A DNA stretch of 64,000 nucleotides from Auanema rhodensis (taxonomy: Eukaryota > Animalia > Nematoda), in NCBI GenBank assembly GCA_964057225.1, contig OZ059899.1:14570001-14634000 (forward strand). The letters run 5' to 3'. Positions within the stretch are counted from its first letter, which is position 1. Every line of letters starts with the position of its first letter. Shown piece after piece: positions 14,001-26,512 of this stretch. Below the pieces are notes generated by a model that did no database searches, had not been told where the DNA came from, and saw only the letters and a program-made list of their open reading frames with translations. Position numbers and translations under genes: made by a program.

Positions 14001-17000
14001 ATTTCGCGTATTTCCGTTCAGAACCAAAAAAAAGGACGACAGGCTGAAAGAGCCGCTCGCCATTCGGTTTTGACTATATCTATCTCTCTTTCTCTCTTTT
14101 TTCTTTCTTTTTCAATATGACATGCTATTCGAATGAAGTAGCACTGACTTCGCATAAAGCGACTCTATTGCTCTTACATGGATGAAAGCAGGATTTAAAC
14201 TAGAATGAGGCATCACAAACGTTATAGCTTAATTTCTCACTTTTTTTGGATTTTACACCCTCATATCACGATGCCAGCCTGAGCTGAAAAAAAAAAGAAG
14301 GAGAAGATATACGTTCGCCGGTCTATTTAGAAAGTTTTTGTGAGAAATGTGTATAGCACAAACCTCAATTGGAAAACTTGGGCAAAGGTCAGAAATTAAT
14401 TTTGATTGCGACGAAGAGAACAAAAATCCTAACTTAAAAATGAGGAAACTGGATCAAATGAGGAAGAAATTAGACAGCAGAATCGTCTCAAACCTCATTT
14501 CTTGCTCAGAATTAAGCTTATTTAACCTAGAATTCAGAATAAAAATATGAAAATTGAAATTATTCTTCAATTAGTTGTTTCATCCGTTTAATTCTTATTG
14601 CATCTATCCTACTAGTAGCCAGTCAATGAGAGAAAAGGAGAGAGAGATAGAGAGAGAGTGAGGGAATGCTCTCGATTTGCAAAGGCTGAGAAGGCCACCC
14701 GCTCCCAGCTCCACACACACACACACATATACACACATCAGCACACAGCTACTAGCTAGTCATTGTGTTGTCTCCAACCAACAGCCACACCAACCTATCT
14801 TCTCCGTCTCCTTCAAGCCACACATGGGATTTCGACCAGCTGCCCTGCGTGAGGACAGCATGGGCTCCTTTTCTTCGGAATCTTCTTCTTTTTCTTTTTC
14901 TCTTCATGCCCTTCTTTCTTATTTAAATAGACGATATGCGTACATGCTTTATCCCATTCTTTGTGTCCCTAACCAAGCATTTCTAACGGTTTTTCAATTA
15001 TTGTTCTCCAACTTTCCGCTTATTTCTTCTCATTTAAAACATCTAATAACCATTTGTTTCTTTGTCATTCCTATGTTTTCCCATTTACTCATCCCTGTCA
15101 CCATCAATGTCGTTCCAATTTGATGAGCTTCATACACCCAACTCTTGGTTCTTTGCGAGTTTGCCTTTCTATTGCTTAGCTAGCCTTCCCCTCCTCCTCC
15201 TCCCTCCCCCTTTCCTTCTCTCAACAACGCGTAATTTCTAGAATATTCGATTTAAATTTATCGGTTTTTGTCTTATTCGGTGCTCAAAGCAACACATCGC
15301 ACACACACTCGCTTACAACTACCACTTTCACCATCAAAAAGGAAAAGTTTTTACTTTCCACTATTTTATTTATATTTTTTTGTAAATTTTCCCACATTTT
15401 CTTGTTGTTTCTCCTAATATGTTCTCTCTTTCGCTTCTCTCTTTTTCTCTATCTCTCCCTCTATCCCTATGTACAGATCGTTACTTGCTCACTATCTTTA
15501 CCCTCATTGATTATTATTTTTTGACTCTGCGAGCCAATTTTTTAATTTATTATTGATTTTTTTCATTTGAGACAAGTACCTTCTGCTCCAAAAAGTGGCT
15601 CTGTACAGAAAGTAAATATCTTTTCTCCACTCTTTATTTGGAATGTTACTTGATGATGCTGAAGCTTGATACTTATGATGCATATCAAAATATATTTTAT
15701 TTCTGTTGTGTAATATCTTATACTTTGAAGTTTGTATTCATGCTCATGAAGTTGTAGCTACTATTACTGATGTTTATGTTGGTGATGATGAGGATGTCAC
15801 TGTTGTTACTTAACTGACCTGTTACTCTCATAATTTGCTATGTATTTTATTTATTCTACAAACATTTCATTCAATGGAAGTTTTTAGTCAAGTTTACAAA
15901 CTTCAAATCTCGTGATTTGATTCTCAAATATACTTTTCTAGGATGCAAACCTCCTATTCTTTCGTATTATCATCATCATCATCATCTGTTGTAAATGTTG
16001 AGACTACGGTCGCAAGCACATCATCATCATTATCGATTCATATGAATTTCCATATTAGGTTTTAAGTATTATCATCATCATATTCACCATATTTTCAAAT
16101 ACCGTTTCGAACTCTCTCTCACAATTGAATATACCAAATTACGAAAAGACTCTAGTTAGTTCCTTTCGATTGTATAACCGTTCGTTTCCATAGTTCATAC
16201 ATCTCTCTTTGCTTTTTTTAGTTATTTTTACTATTTTTGCACAGAAATGAACTTGTCCATTGTCGTAGCTCGCAGTATAAATTTTCTCGCACCCCTTTTT
16301 TCTCTCTCTCTCTCTCTTCCTGCCACTCTCTCTTACTTCCTCTCCTATTCTCAGTCTTTTTCTTTCTATTGTGCTGTCTGTTTCTTTTTTCGCCCTTTCC
16401 ATCTTCTTGATTTGCTCTCCGTCATCGTATTTTATATTCTTCGTTTACTCTAACCTCTTCAATTCTATCGGTTTCTCACATTTCAGTCAGCTTTTCTCAT
16501 CCATTTTTATCATACTATTTCTGTCTGCTGTCCTTCCCCTCATCATCATCGTCATCATCCTACGCTCTTACGCAAGAGAGAGGGGGTTAGATTGAGGGGT
16601 ACCTGAGCTAATAGATGTAACCGCTTGAGTTTTTAACCCCACTTGTTTTACGTGTATTTTGCTATGAGATTATGAAAGAATGAGCCCTCGGCGATCTGTT
16701 TACATGCTGCTGTTGCTTGTGATCTTCTTGATCGCACTTTGTGCCATTCTCCTCATTGTGTTTTGTTTCACTGTTCGTATCTGCTGTTGTACTCACGCTT
16801 AACACACAGTGTTATCTCGACTATTTCCTGTGATTTTATTTGAATGACTTTTATCTGTGAAACGGGTTCGATTACATCATCACGAGGATGTTTCGTTCTC
16901 AACACGTTGCTTTCACTAGCTCTGTTAAACGTGTTTCCTTGATATATCCCCCTTGACAACAATAAATTTGCTTTTGCTATGTTCTGCCATTGGTTATGAA

Positions 17001-17715
17001 GGGATATAGAATGTGGTTAGTATTTCAAATTCTTCCCTTCCAACATATTACCAAATCTTCTTGAATCTAATTGCCTTATGGACCAAACTTCGATGAAAAG
17101 ATGCTGCATTAAGTTTAATGTTATTCTATGATTAAGAGACAATGATGTAACAACACGTTGAACATAGTCATGTCCACATTGTATTAGAAATGGAATACGA
17201 CCGCTCTTTAAAAATTACGAAATAAAAATGATTCATGCACGGAGCTCACGTGAAGATTTGCATGACGTGTTTCCGTTTGCCAGGTTAGAACAGTGAATCG
17301 AGAGTATCGTCTATCTCAGGATGATCATTGATCTGAGCATATTTTTTTTGTTTTTTAAATTCAAACTATTCTAATAGTTTGCAAATGTTTTTTCTTTGTG
17401 TCCACATCGAATGTTGTTATATTTATTCAGATAAAGCAATTTCCCGATTTGAAGTGTATTATAATTTTGTTTCTGTTCATATCTCTGTGTACAAATTTCC
17501 GTTTTTCATGTTCTGTTCAGAAAATGTTCGCACGTTTTTTCTACATTTTTCTATTTTATTTTCATTTTTTTTTAGAAAATTTTCACTTATAACTGCTCAT
17601 ATTCTAATTTTATCGTTCTCTTTGTCTCGTGCTGTCTTTATCTTTTTCATTCGCTATATCAATTCTGTACATATATTCACTTTTCAGTTCATTTTTTACT
17701 TTATGTGAATAACCC

Positions 17716-20700
17716 ATGGCTTTCCTTTCAACTATATTCTCACCCATAATATGGGTTGTTGCTTTTCTTTTCACTAATGTAAGTTTATATATATATAATT
17801 ATCTTATACGTTTTCTATTTCGATTCTTTTTACAGTGTTTAGCCATTATATTCTCCTTGTTAGCACTAGGATTAGGAGCATTTCTATTGTCATATTACCT
17901 CTACGGGTTCAATTCTCCAAAAAATAGCAACTACTCTCAGAAACCTTCACCAAGTAAGTTGCTTAGTTTAGAATTCTTTTATCTTTTTTTTCTAAAATCA
18001 AACATTCTTATTCACTTATTATACTCATTATGCTACTATTTATTCAGTTGCTGCTCGAAAAGTATCAACGATACACGAAAGTGAAGAGGAGACCGATCAT
18101 ATGAACCCAGCCGATACAACACAGGAGTTACGGCGGATGAGAAAACGAGATTGGGCTAAAAAACTTTATACTAGCTTTGTGGTATGTTACTGATACTTCT
18201 AATTTTGTGTCCAGTTGTCTAAGAATTCAAAGTCAAGCTTCTGTGTATCCAAGATTCCTCTTTTCCCATTCAGAAACAAATGAGATGAGATAGAGAGTTA
18301 AGAAGGTTGTTTCTTTTTTGTACTACGATTATCCTTTTGCCCATTATTCAGAAGCAAATAGAAAATTTCAATGAATTATTTCTTGTTCTATTCGATCACT
18401 ACGAGTCACTCTTACATTTCCTTTTTAGGCTGACGAAGGCCGACGCACACCTTCCGATGATTCTTCTGGTGATTCTTCTGAAGGACGTCGTAAAAAGCGA
18501 GACCTCCGTCGTCGTCATTCTACCGCTGGTCCACTTCAAATGGCCAGAGAGTTAGTAGCCATCGGCAATGAACTCTTTTTTAAGTACTTTGTTCCATTTC
18601 AGTTTAATTCGGAGAGGTAGCCGTGGGTATTTTCGGCAGTCATCTCTTCTGCGAGATCGGCTTCCCATGCCACCAATGGAATTTTTTGAGCCAACTGCAC
18701 TGCCAGAAATTCCTCAAAATCTCCAGCCAGAGATATTCTACATTCTTCACAATTTGAAGTCAGATTCCTACAATTTATTGTAATTCTGATTTGTTTTTTT
18801 TTCAGAATGTTAGAATTGCCAGCGGAATGGAAGTTGGATCCGCGTGAAATCGAAGTACGTGATTTCCAAAAAGGAGATTACATAGTAAAACCTGGCGAGC
18901 AAGATAATTCTATTTATGTATCTATAGAAGGAACTCTAGCTGTTTATATCAAAGTAGGATTACTTGTTTCCTCTGTGTGTTCAAACTAATATATTGTTTC
19001 AGCATATGGAGGGAAAAGAATATTTGGTCAAGAAAATTACTGCTGGTAATAGTTTCTTCTCCCTGTTATCTATGCTTGATATTCTTATGGTTTGTTAGAT
19101 TTGTGTTCTCTCTCTCACTGTCAATTCCAAATTTTAGAATGTTCCATCAGTTTTCCGAACAGTATCCTTGAAGGCTGCTGAACCTTGCAAAGTGGCCAAG
19201 TAAGAGACTCCATTAATGTTCATACATTCATATTTCTTTTCAGATTCCCTATTCTTAGTTTCCGTGATTCTTTCCATAAATATCCAGAGCAATGGACGAG
19301 ACCAATTCAAATTGTTATCACTCGGTTACTTCATGTCACTATGACCACACTTCATCAGTATATGGGATTAAGCTCTGAGCTTATGAAAAGAGTAAGCATA
19401 TATGATCATTTTCCAAAATTTTTTTCAATTTAAGAGAAGAGATATCAATGTTGATGATAAGCTTCGACAATTAGCTGCAGCACCTAAGACTAATGCTTCC
19501 ATAAAGAAGAATCGTCAACAAAGCCAAGATGGTTGGTATCTTTTGAACTTCCGACTTTATATTTATTTTCTTTCAGAACATACTGATATGCAAGTATTAG
19601 GAAAGAAATGGTTTGCTGAGCAACTTGAGCTTGGACAAGATGGTCTTCCTCTTCTTGAAGGAAAGGTATTGCTGTTTGAGAGAACCTAATTTTTGTTATT
19701 TCAAATATGCTTTAGGTTACCATCGAAAATTACGATGAGAATACTGTCATCGTAGAACAAGGCTCAGAAGAAGAGCAACTCATGCTTATTCTTACAGGTT
19801 CTCTGCGACTTATCCAGGTATTATCATTTAAAAATTTTAAAAATTTTACCATGTATTCTGAATTAACAAAATTTAGCGTTGTGAATGTTTCCAAAGTGAA
19901 GTAAGTCAGAATGTTTTAAGCATTCTCTAACGATGTTTGTTATCTGATGATTTGTCATTTTAACTTTGTTTCGTTTTTCTTTTGAAGAAAACTAATATTA
20001 AAAAGTATTTTCGACTGGTTGAAAGTGAATGCTAAACCTAATCTTGTGATTCTGAGTGTTCTTTTCAATATTTTATGATTTTAGGAGCCTTTGTTTGACG
20101 AAGAGCCTGACGAGGAAGATCAAACTGTTTCAAAATTAATGCCAAAGTAAGAGAATTTCTATTTTTATTTTTATTTTTCAATTAACTTACAGAGATCTGA
20201 TTGGTGGCTTACAGTTATTGACTAACGAACCATCTTTCTATACAGTAAAAACCTGTTCTAAATGTGTTATAGCTAAGATGTCCAAACAAGATTTCAATGA
20301 GTATGTTTCTAATGTCAAAAAACTTTTGTGATATAATGGGACATATTGTAGTTTACTTGAAAAGAGGCCTCAAGTTTACTTACCTGTAGCTCACTCAGTA
20401 TTGAGACGCCTATCGCCTTTCTTGCGTGGAGTTGATTTTGCACTTGATTGGGTTCTTGTTGATTCAGGACAAGCTGTGTACAGGTTTGTAGTATTAGATA
20501 CACAGTGAATACGTATGATTCCATGACTTGGTTACAGAGCTGGTGACAATGCTGATTCTCTCTACGTTGTACTCAGTGGACGTCTACGTTCCGTTGAGAA
20601 AAAGACAGTAGTTGAAGAATTTGGTAGAGGAGATGTATTAGGAATGGTGAGACAATTATCGACAGTCGTGCTAAGTGTTACGCCATTATCATTTAGATGG

Positions 20701-23700
20701 AAGTGTTGCAAAAGAAACCGAGAGCTACAACAGTCATGGCTGTCCGTTTCTCCCAGCTGGCTCGAGTCCCTGAGGGCCTTCTGAATTTCATCAAGTTACA
20801 ATTCCCTCAAGTTGGGTTTCGATTGGTACAATTATTGGGTCAGTACTACAGCAGCTTAACAAGACGGGCTCCATTCGTACCTGGCACAACTATCAAGGTT
20901 CTTGATTCCGCTGGAGATCCTATGTCTCATATCAAGGTTTGACGATCCTTTTTAAACTGTCAATTAAGATAGAACTATTTAGAATTTGCATACCATAGCT
21001 GTAGTTCCAGCATCTGCTGATGTGCCATTGGTACCATTTACCTGTGAGCTGTATCATGCTTTATCAGCAAATCTGCGAGTTTTGAGGTTAAGTAGCCAGA
21101 AGGTCGCTTCCTGCTTGGATAATTCAGTGCTAGAAAAGTGAGTTTTCTGTTTTCTTTTAAACAATTCAAACACTGGAACCCAAATGACACACCGTTTCAA
21201 GTTATTAAACAATCAGTTTTTCCGTTTTCCATAATAGATTATAGATTTCTGACTTCTGATGATGAGTCGATGTAAGTACTGTATCAAATATAGTTTCGTA
21301 TTGTGCTTGCATGAAAATATATCAGCTATATTTAGTTTTGAAAATCTCCCAAAATTCTGATCCATATCGTAAAATGTCCGCGCTGCCTTCCAAATCATTT
21401 TTGCGCTTCTGTCGTGTTGTCATCATATCCTGTCACTCCAAACTTTCTAACCTAATCACCTTGTTTATAGGCAAGCTGATTTCCGGCTGATGCACTGGCT
21501 AAATGTCCAAGAAGACACTTATCCTCTTGTTATCTATGAGTGTGATTATACCGCTACCAACTGGACCAGAAGGTTAGCTATTCATTTTACTTTTCTCCGT
21601 CTAATTTTAAATTTATAGATGTTTGAGACAAGCCGATGCCATTTTGGTTGTCGCTATGGGACAACGTAAGCCTCAAAAAAGTTCTTTAGTATGTGCATAA
21701 CTCTTTCTTCTCTTTTCAACACAAAAGTTTACAGCTTCGTGATTTATTGAGCATGAATCAGGATGGAGTTCGTACGAACAAAGAACTTATTCTTCTTTGG
21801 CCAGAGGGAACAACATCACCCACAGGTTTTTCAATAATAATTAAATTGAAATTTTATTTTCTCAATTAGGAACATATGAATGGCTGAAAAACAGCTATTT
21901 CTCTGGACATCATCATATTAGAGCTCCTAAACGAATGTTGCAATGGTCAAAGAAACCAAGTAGAAAGTTATCGAGAGAATCGCCTTGTTTGGTAATAATC
22001 TTACTTTGTTTTTGGATCTTGAATTGTGACTTTAGGTACCAGAAGCTGATGTTATAGATTATTATCAGAAAAATGTGTTCTGGACTGTTGATCACTTGTC
22101 CGATTTCGCAAGATTAGCAAGAATACTAACGGGAAATGCTATCGGATTAGTTTTAGGAGGTGGTGGCGCTCGGTTGGAATTAGGCTTTAAGTTTTAATGC
22201 TTACTTTCAATTTTTTAGTGGAGCAGCTCATGTAGGAGTCTTGAAAGCCTTGAGAGAACAGGGAGTCCCTGTTGATATTGTTGGTGGAACATCAATTGGC
22301 TCATTCATTGGTGGCATCTATGCTGATACGCCAGATGAGCGAGTAGAAGAAAGGGCCAAGTATTGGTTTGATGTGAGTTTTCAGTTAGTCGTGATGTTTA
22401 CCTCATGTTCATAATTTCAGAGTATGACCTCACTGTGGAGAAAAATCCTTGATCTCACTTATGCTCATTCCGCTATGTTTACGGGTGCCCAATTCAATAA
22501 ATCTATCCAAGACATCTTTGGGGATCAAGAAATTGAAAATTTGTGGATTCCATATTTTTGTATTTCAACAGATATCACGTAAGTTAGATGAAGCATCGAC
22601 ACAATCTTCAATAAATTATTTGTAGGACATCTGAGATGAGAGTTCATCGTACTGGTCCACTTTGGGCCTATTGTAGAGCTTCAATGTCATTGGCAGGATA
22701 TCTTCCACCTCTGTGTGACCCTCAAGATGGCCATCTGCTTTTAGATGGTGGTTATGTGAATAATCTTCCTGCAGATGTTATGAGGTAAGGACTCACTATC
22801 ACCAGATAGTTTCTCTATACTGAAATTTTAGATCAATGGGAGCCAAAATTGTAATTGCTGTTGATGTCGGTGCTATTGAAGAGACGAACCTATACAATTA
22901 CGGAGATTCGCTTAGTGGTCTCTGGGTGTTGTTCCAGAAGTTGAATCCTTTCGCTAATCCTCCCAGAATTTTGAATATGGAAGAAATTCAGGTTAGCTCT
23001 GTGTAAGCTTCGTGATTGTTTCATCGTAACTGTTGTTCAGAGCCGACTTGCCTATGTATCATGTGTTCGTCAATTGGAAACTGTGAAAAAGGCTCCATAT
23101 TGTCAATATTTGAGACCAGCTATTGAACCATTCAAAACTCTTGATTTCGGAAAATTCAATACCATTTTGGTAATTAAACAACCATTGATATGATGCTCAA
23201 ATTGATGACTTTTTCAGACCGTTGGCTATGAATATGGAAAGGAAAAGATTGCTGAATTAACACGTTCATCGACTCTTCGAGCTACTCTCTTTGGAGATAG
23301 CCAAGACCGTAGTCTTCGACGACAATTCAGTAGACGAGAAAAGGTATAGCTCTGATATGTACACATATACAATCATATTTGCTTTAGAATATGGATTTGG
23401 AAAGAACTTCATCATTCACTGATCTTGCAGCAGCAATGTCTAAAGTTCCAGTTGTCCGACCTGTTCTTCGTCACACCGTTTCAGAATCCCATAATTATAT
23501 TACAGATGACATCCTAGATGAACTGATGTACTCTGACCGTAAGTTTCATCTATTATAACTCTTCAAAACTAAGAATTTCTTTAGATGCTGATGCTGACAG
23601 TGAATTATCTCAATCTGAAAACGATATTATGGAAACAACTGATGATGAAGATGATGATCTCATAAACTTGAGAGGAACAACACCACGTCCTTTCTCAAGG

Positions 23701-23712
23701 AAGCTTATGTAA
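17716..23712 (+). CDS. Neuropathy target esterase / Swiss cheese (PNPLA6/PNPLA7) patatin-like phospholipase with cNMP-binding domains
   Basis: About 25 GT-AG introns. N-terminal TM segment, then cNMP-binding repeats ([15 protein letters not shown]; [14 protein letters not shown]; [18 protein letters not shown]). Patatin motifs present: GGGGARGAAHVG, GGTSIG (GxSxG) and [16 protein letters not shown]. Stop TAA at 23710-23712. Confidence 0.95.
19877..19900 (+). other. Probable 24-nt cassette microexon of NTE (RCECFQSE)
   Basis: ATTTAG|24 nt|GTAAGT inside a phase-0 intron of about 265 nt that is unusually long for this gene; in frame, no stop. Confidence 0.6.
21245..21271 (+). other. Probable 27-nt cassette microexon of NTE (FLTSDDESM)
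   Basis: TTATAG|27 nt|GTAAGT inside a phase-2 intron of about 330 nt; in frame, no stop. Confidence 0.6.
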
Positions 23713-24317
23713 AACTGTCTAGCCTCTCTCACTAACATTCTCGTTATTAGCTTAGAGTATAGTAATGTTTTCCAAGCTTCTTGATCAACTATCTTCTCAT
23801 CTCACAAGTGATGGATCTCTAAAAATCCTTGCATAGAGTTTTATTTCCTACTTAAAGCCAAAAGTTAATTACATGTAAACCATTACCGGTGCTTGTTTGT
23901 ACGAAAGCCAGATATATATGTAGATTTTACTACTTTTTCTCACTTCTCACGTTTTTTCTTGTTTTATGTGATAGTAATGAGCGTAGTTTTGATTGTAAAT
24001 TTTACTTTTTTCGTTTATTTTTTCCGGTTAATTGTATAGGGTATCTCTTCAATCAAGACACTTTGTTGTAAGAGCTTTCATTAATTTGATAATAATTTTA
24101 TTAACAGAGCTCCTTTAAATCTCATAGCACTTCTATCATTAACATGTTCAATAAAAATCTATTGATACTGACTAGACAATATTTTAAAACAAAATTATGC
24201 TATTGACACATAAATTACAAACAGTTTGATACTCTCTTTCTTTCTCGAAAATAAGTGAACAAAAATGATTGGAATGACTGATTGTTTTTGGATTGAAATA
24301 AAAAAGTCCTGTCTGAT

Positions 24318-26001
24318 TCAACGGTTGGCTCTTCGTTCTTCATCTTCCATGATTCTGCGTTCGACTGAAAATTGAAAACCAGCCATTTCCATGAGAGTTT
24401 TGTCTGGATTATCATCCCAATTTCCAGGAAGTGGCACCTAAACGTTTTCCGTTTTTAGTCATTACGAGATGAGAAAAAAAGAAAACCTTCTTGTGTTTTT
24501 CAGCCTGTTTTGATTGCCATTCTTTCAATTTCTGTTGCTCAAGCTTTGTTTTCGCTGGTGCACAGCCCCACACCTAAAGCGTATATTGTATACTCGCCTA
24601 ATCTCGTCAGACTACTACCTCAACAGCTCGAAGCTGAGACATTTCTTTATCAAGAGTGAAAATACTTTTGAATGATAATCCAAAAGCTGATTGGCGGATT
24701 TTAAAATTACAATAGACAGCCGACGATTCCTCCATTTTCAATAATGCTGGAGAAATTTGCAAATACATAGTAGAAGGTCCTCCAAATCTTTTACTACCAT
24801 GTCTAAACGTTTATTCATGTTTTCAGCAAAAAAAGCTTTAAATACCTCCATTCTTGATCGAGAGCTAACACAATAACTTCTCCTGTGAGAAGTTGGAATA
24901 TTGAAACCGTTGGACCCCGATAATCGAAAACATTTGCTTCAAATCTATTCACACTAACACCCTGTGTCACAGAGTTGTATAAAGGAGTCCACTGTTTCAA
25001 AGTTTGTCCACCCTATAAATATCAAGGAAAAATGAGAGTAGGAAAAATGTATGCAAAACCTCATCTGTGTTGGGGAAATATACAGCTGGCAGACACGCCT
25101 GCACATACCACATTTGAATTGAGGATAGAATATCAGATGATAAATCAGGTAAACTCTGAAATGATGAATTCAAAAAGAAATAACAAAAAAAAAACTGACC
25201 AAATCATAGTTCAAACATTTGTGTAAAACTTTATTTTGAACATATTCTGCTAATTTTGGAATATTTTGTTTGTACCAGTTAAAAATATCTCTTTCAGAAG
25301 TACCCTGTTTTGACTGCAATTTATGTCCATTTTGCAATATACTTGTACGTACAAACATACAATTAGGTCAGCAAGAAGAGCAATAAACCGTTGATCTCCG
25401 TCTACAGCTATAGCTCCTGCAGATTCAGAACATACTTTAATCAAATGATGTACAGGCTGGCAAACTGAAACACAAATTCTTTTTCTATATATATATATAT
25501 ATATATAACAATAATATTACTTGAAACATATATATCGTGTGAAGGTCCCATAAGACGAACAACCATCTTACCAAATTGTTCTCGTGATACTGTTCCATCT
25601 TTATTCGATTCTGTAAAATTAAATTTTATTCATATCAATTAGAACTCATTCATATAAACGAATGCAACCAGCATCCATTTGTTGAAAACGCAAAATAAAG
25701 TCCACGTGAACACGTGAACGATGATTACACAATAATTTAAATTAGTAGCCTACTTCCTGAATTGCCTTGATCAGTGAAAAACGCCCACAAACTTTCTGCC
25801 AAATCTTCTCCAAAGGCATCCTGAAAAGAGAAATTGTCATGAAAGTCTTGCAATTATAGAACGAACCGTGAAATGAGCAAAGGTTAGTGCATTTCCGTTA
25901 CCTAAATTTTCGAAAGCAGTAGCAATTCGAGGATCTGTCCGTGGAGTAGGTTGTGCAGATGTTTGTCCACTTTTTTGAGGTTTCCCAGCTTCATTACCCA
26001 T
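24318..26001 (-). CDS. TLDc-domain protein with N-terminal MG (possible myristoylation) and an EF-hand-like segment; MEAK7/EAK-7/Rtc5-like group
   Basis: Spliced product starts [12 protein letters not shown] and contains [12 protein letters not shown]. TLDc core reads [30 protein letters not shown]-terminus [14 protein letters not shown]...RRANR*. The introns checked are canonical. Confidence 0.88.
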
Positions 26002-26425
26002 TTTCTTGAAAACTGAATGAAGAATATTGACGAAATAACAGTCAATGGTTATCTAAGAGATAAGAGCAATGTCTAACAGAATATCAGCACTTCATATCAA
26101 TGTGATCAAGCATCTTAATACTTTAATTGCTAATTTGAAAGAAAATCGCTATTTATAGTTCATCGTAATCAATTGTTCAGTTTCAACAACAATCAGCTAT
26201 AGTTGTTTTGATGTTTATATATATATATGTACATGAGTTTATACAAGGTTATACTTGTTTTCAGTTTAGATATCATACTAGTTAACGACTTATCTTCTAA
26301 ATCTTAATCGAATATTCTGAGTGATTTAATCCCTTGAATTGTCCATCTTAATCTTTTTAGCTTGAATAGGACAAAATATCAACACTTCAATAGGGAAAAT
26401 ATTCTGAATGCATTTGCCCCTTGTT

Positions 26426-26438
26426 GTTGCCTAGCAAC
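26426..26438. promoter_or_regulatory. RFX/DAF-19 X-box
   Basis: GTTGCC-T-AGCAAC fits the RFX consensus GTNRCC-N0-3-RGYAAC. It lies about 75-87 bp upstream of the 5-phosphatase ATG. Confidence 0.75.
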
Positions 26439-26512
26439 TCTGACAGGTTTGGTGAAAGCCCCACCCTCCCGTCATTCTTAATCCAAATAACCGATAGATA
26501 TGTCTCGAAGCT

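Noticed and set aside
1495-16595. ORF-track entries made of SLSLSL, RERERE or F/L/S-rich runs (also 51112-63608)
   Set aside because: They are translations of CT/GA microsatellites and pyrimidine tracts, with no splice or motif support.
16628-16646. SL2-leader-like GTTTTTAACCC
   Set aside because: No donor at leader position 22-23 and no downstream Sm site; better explained as a hairpin arm.
18182-18429. Possible further cassette exons in NTE intron 3
   Set aside because: Candidate acceptor and donor pairs are weak or introduce stops; no clean model.
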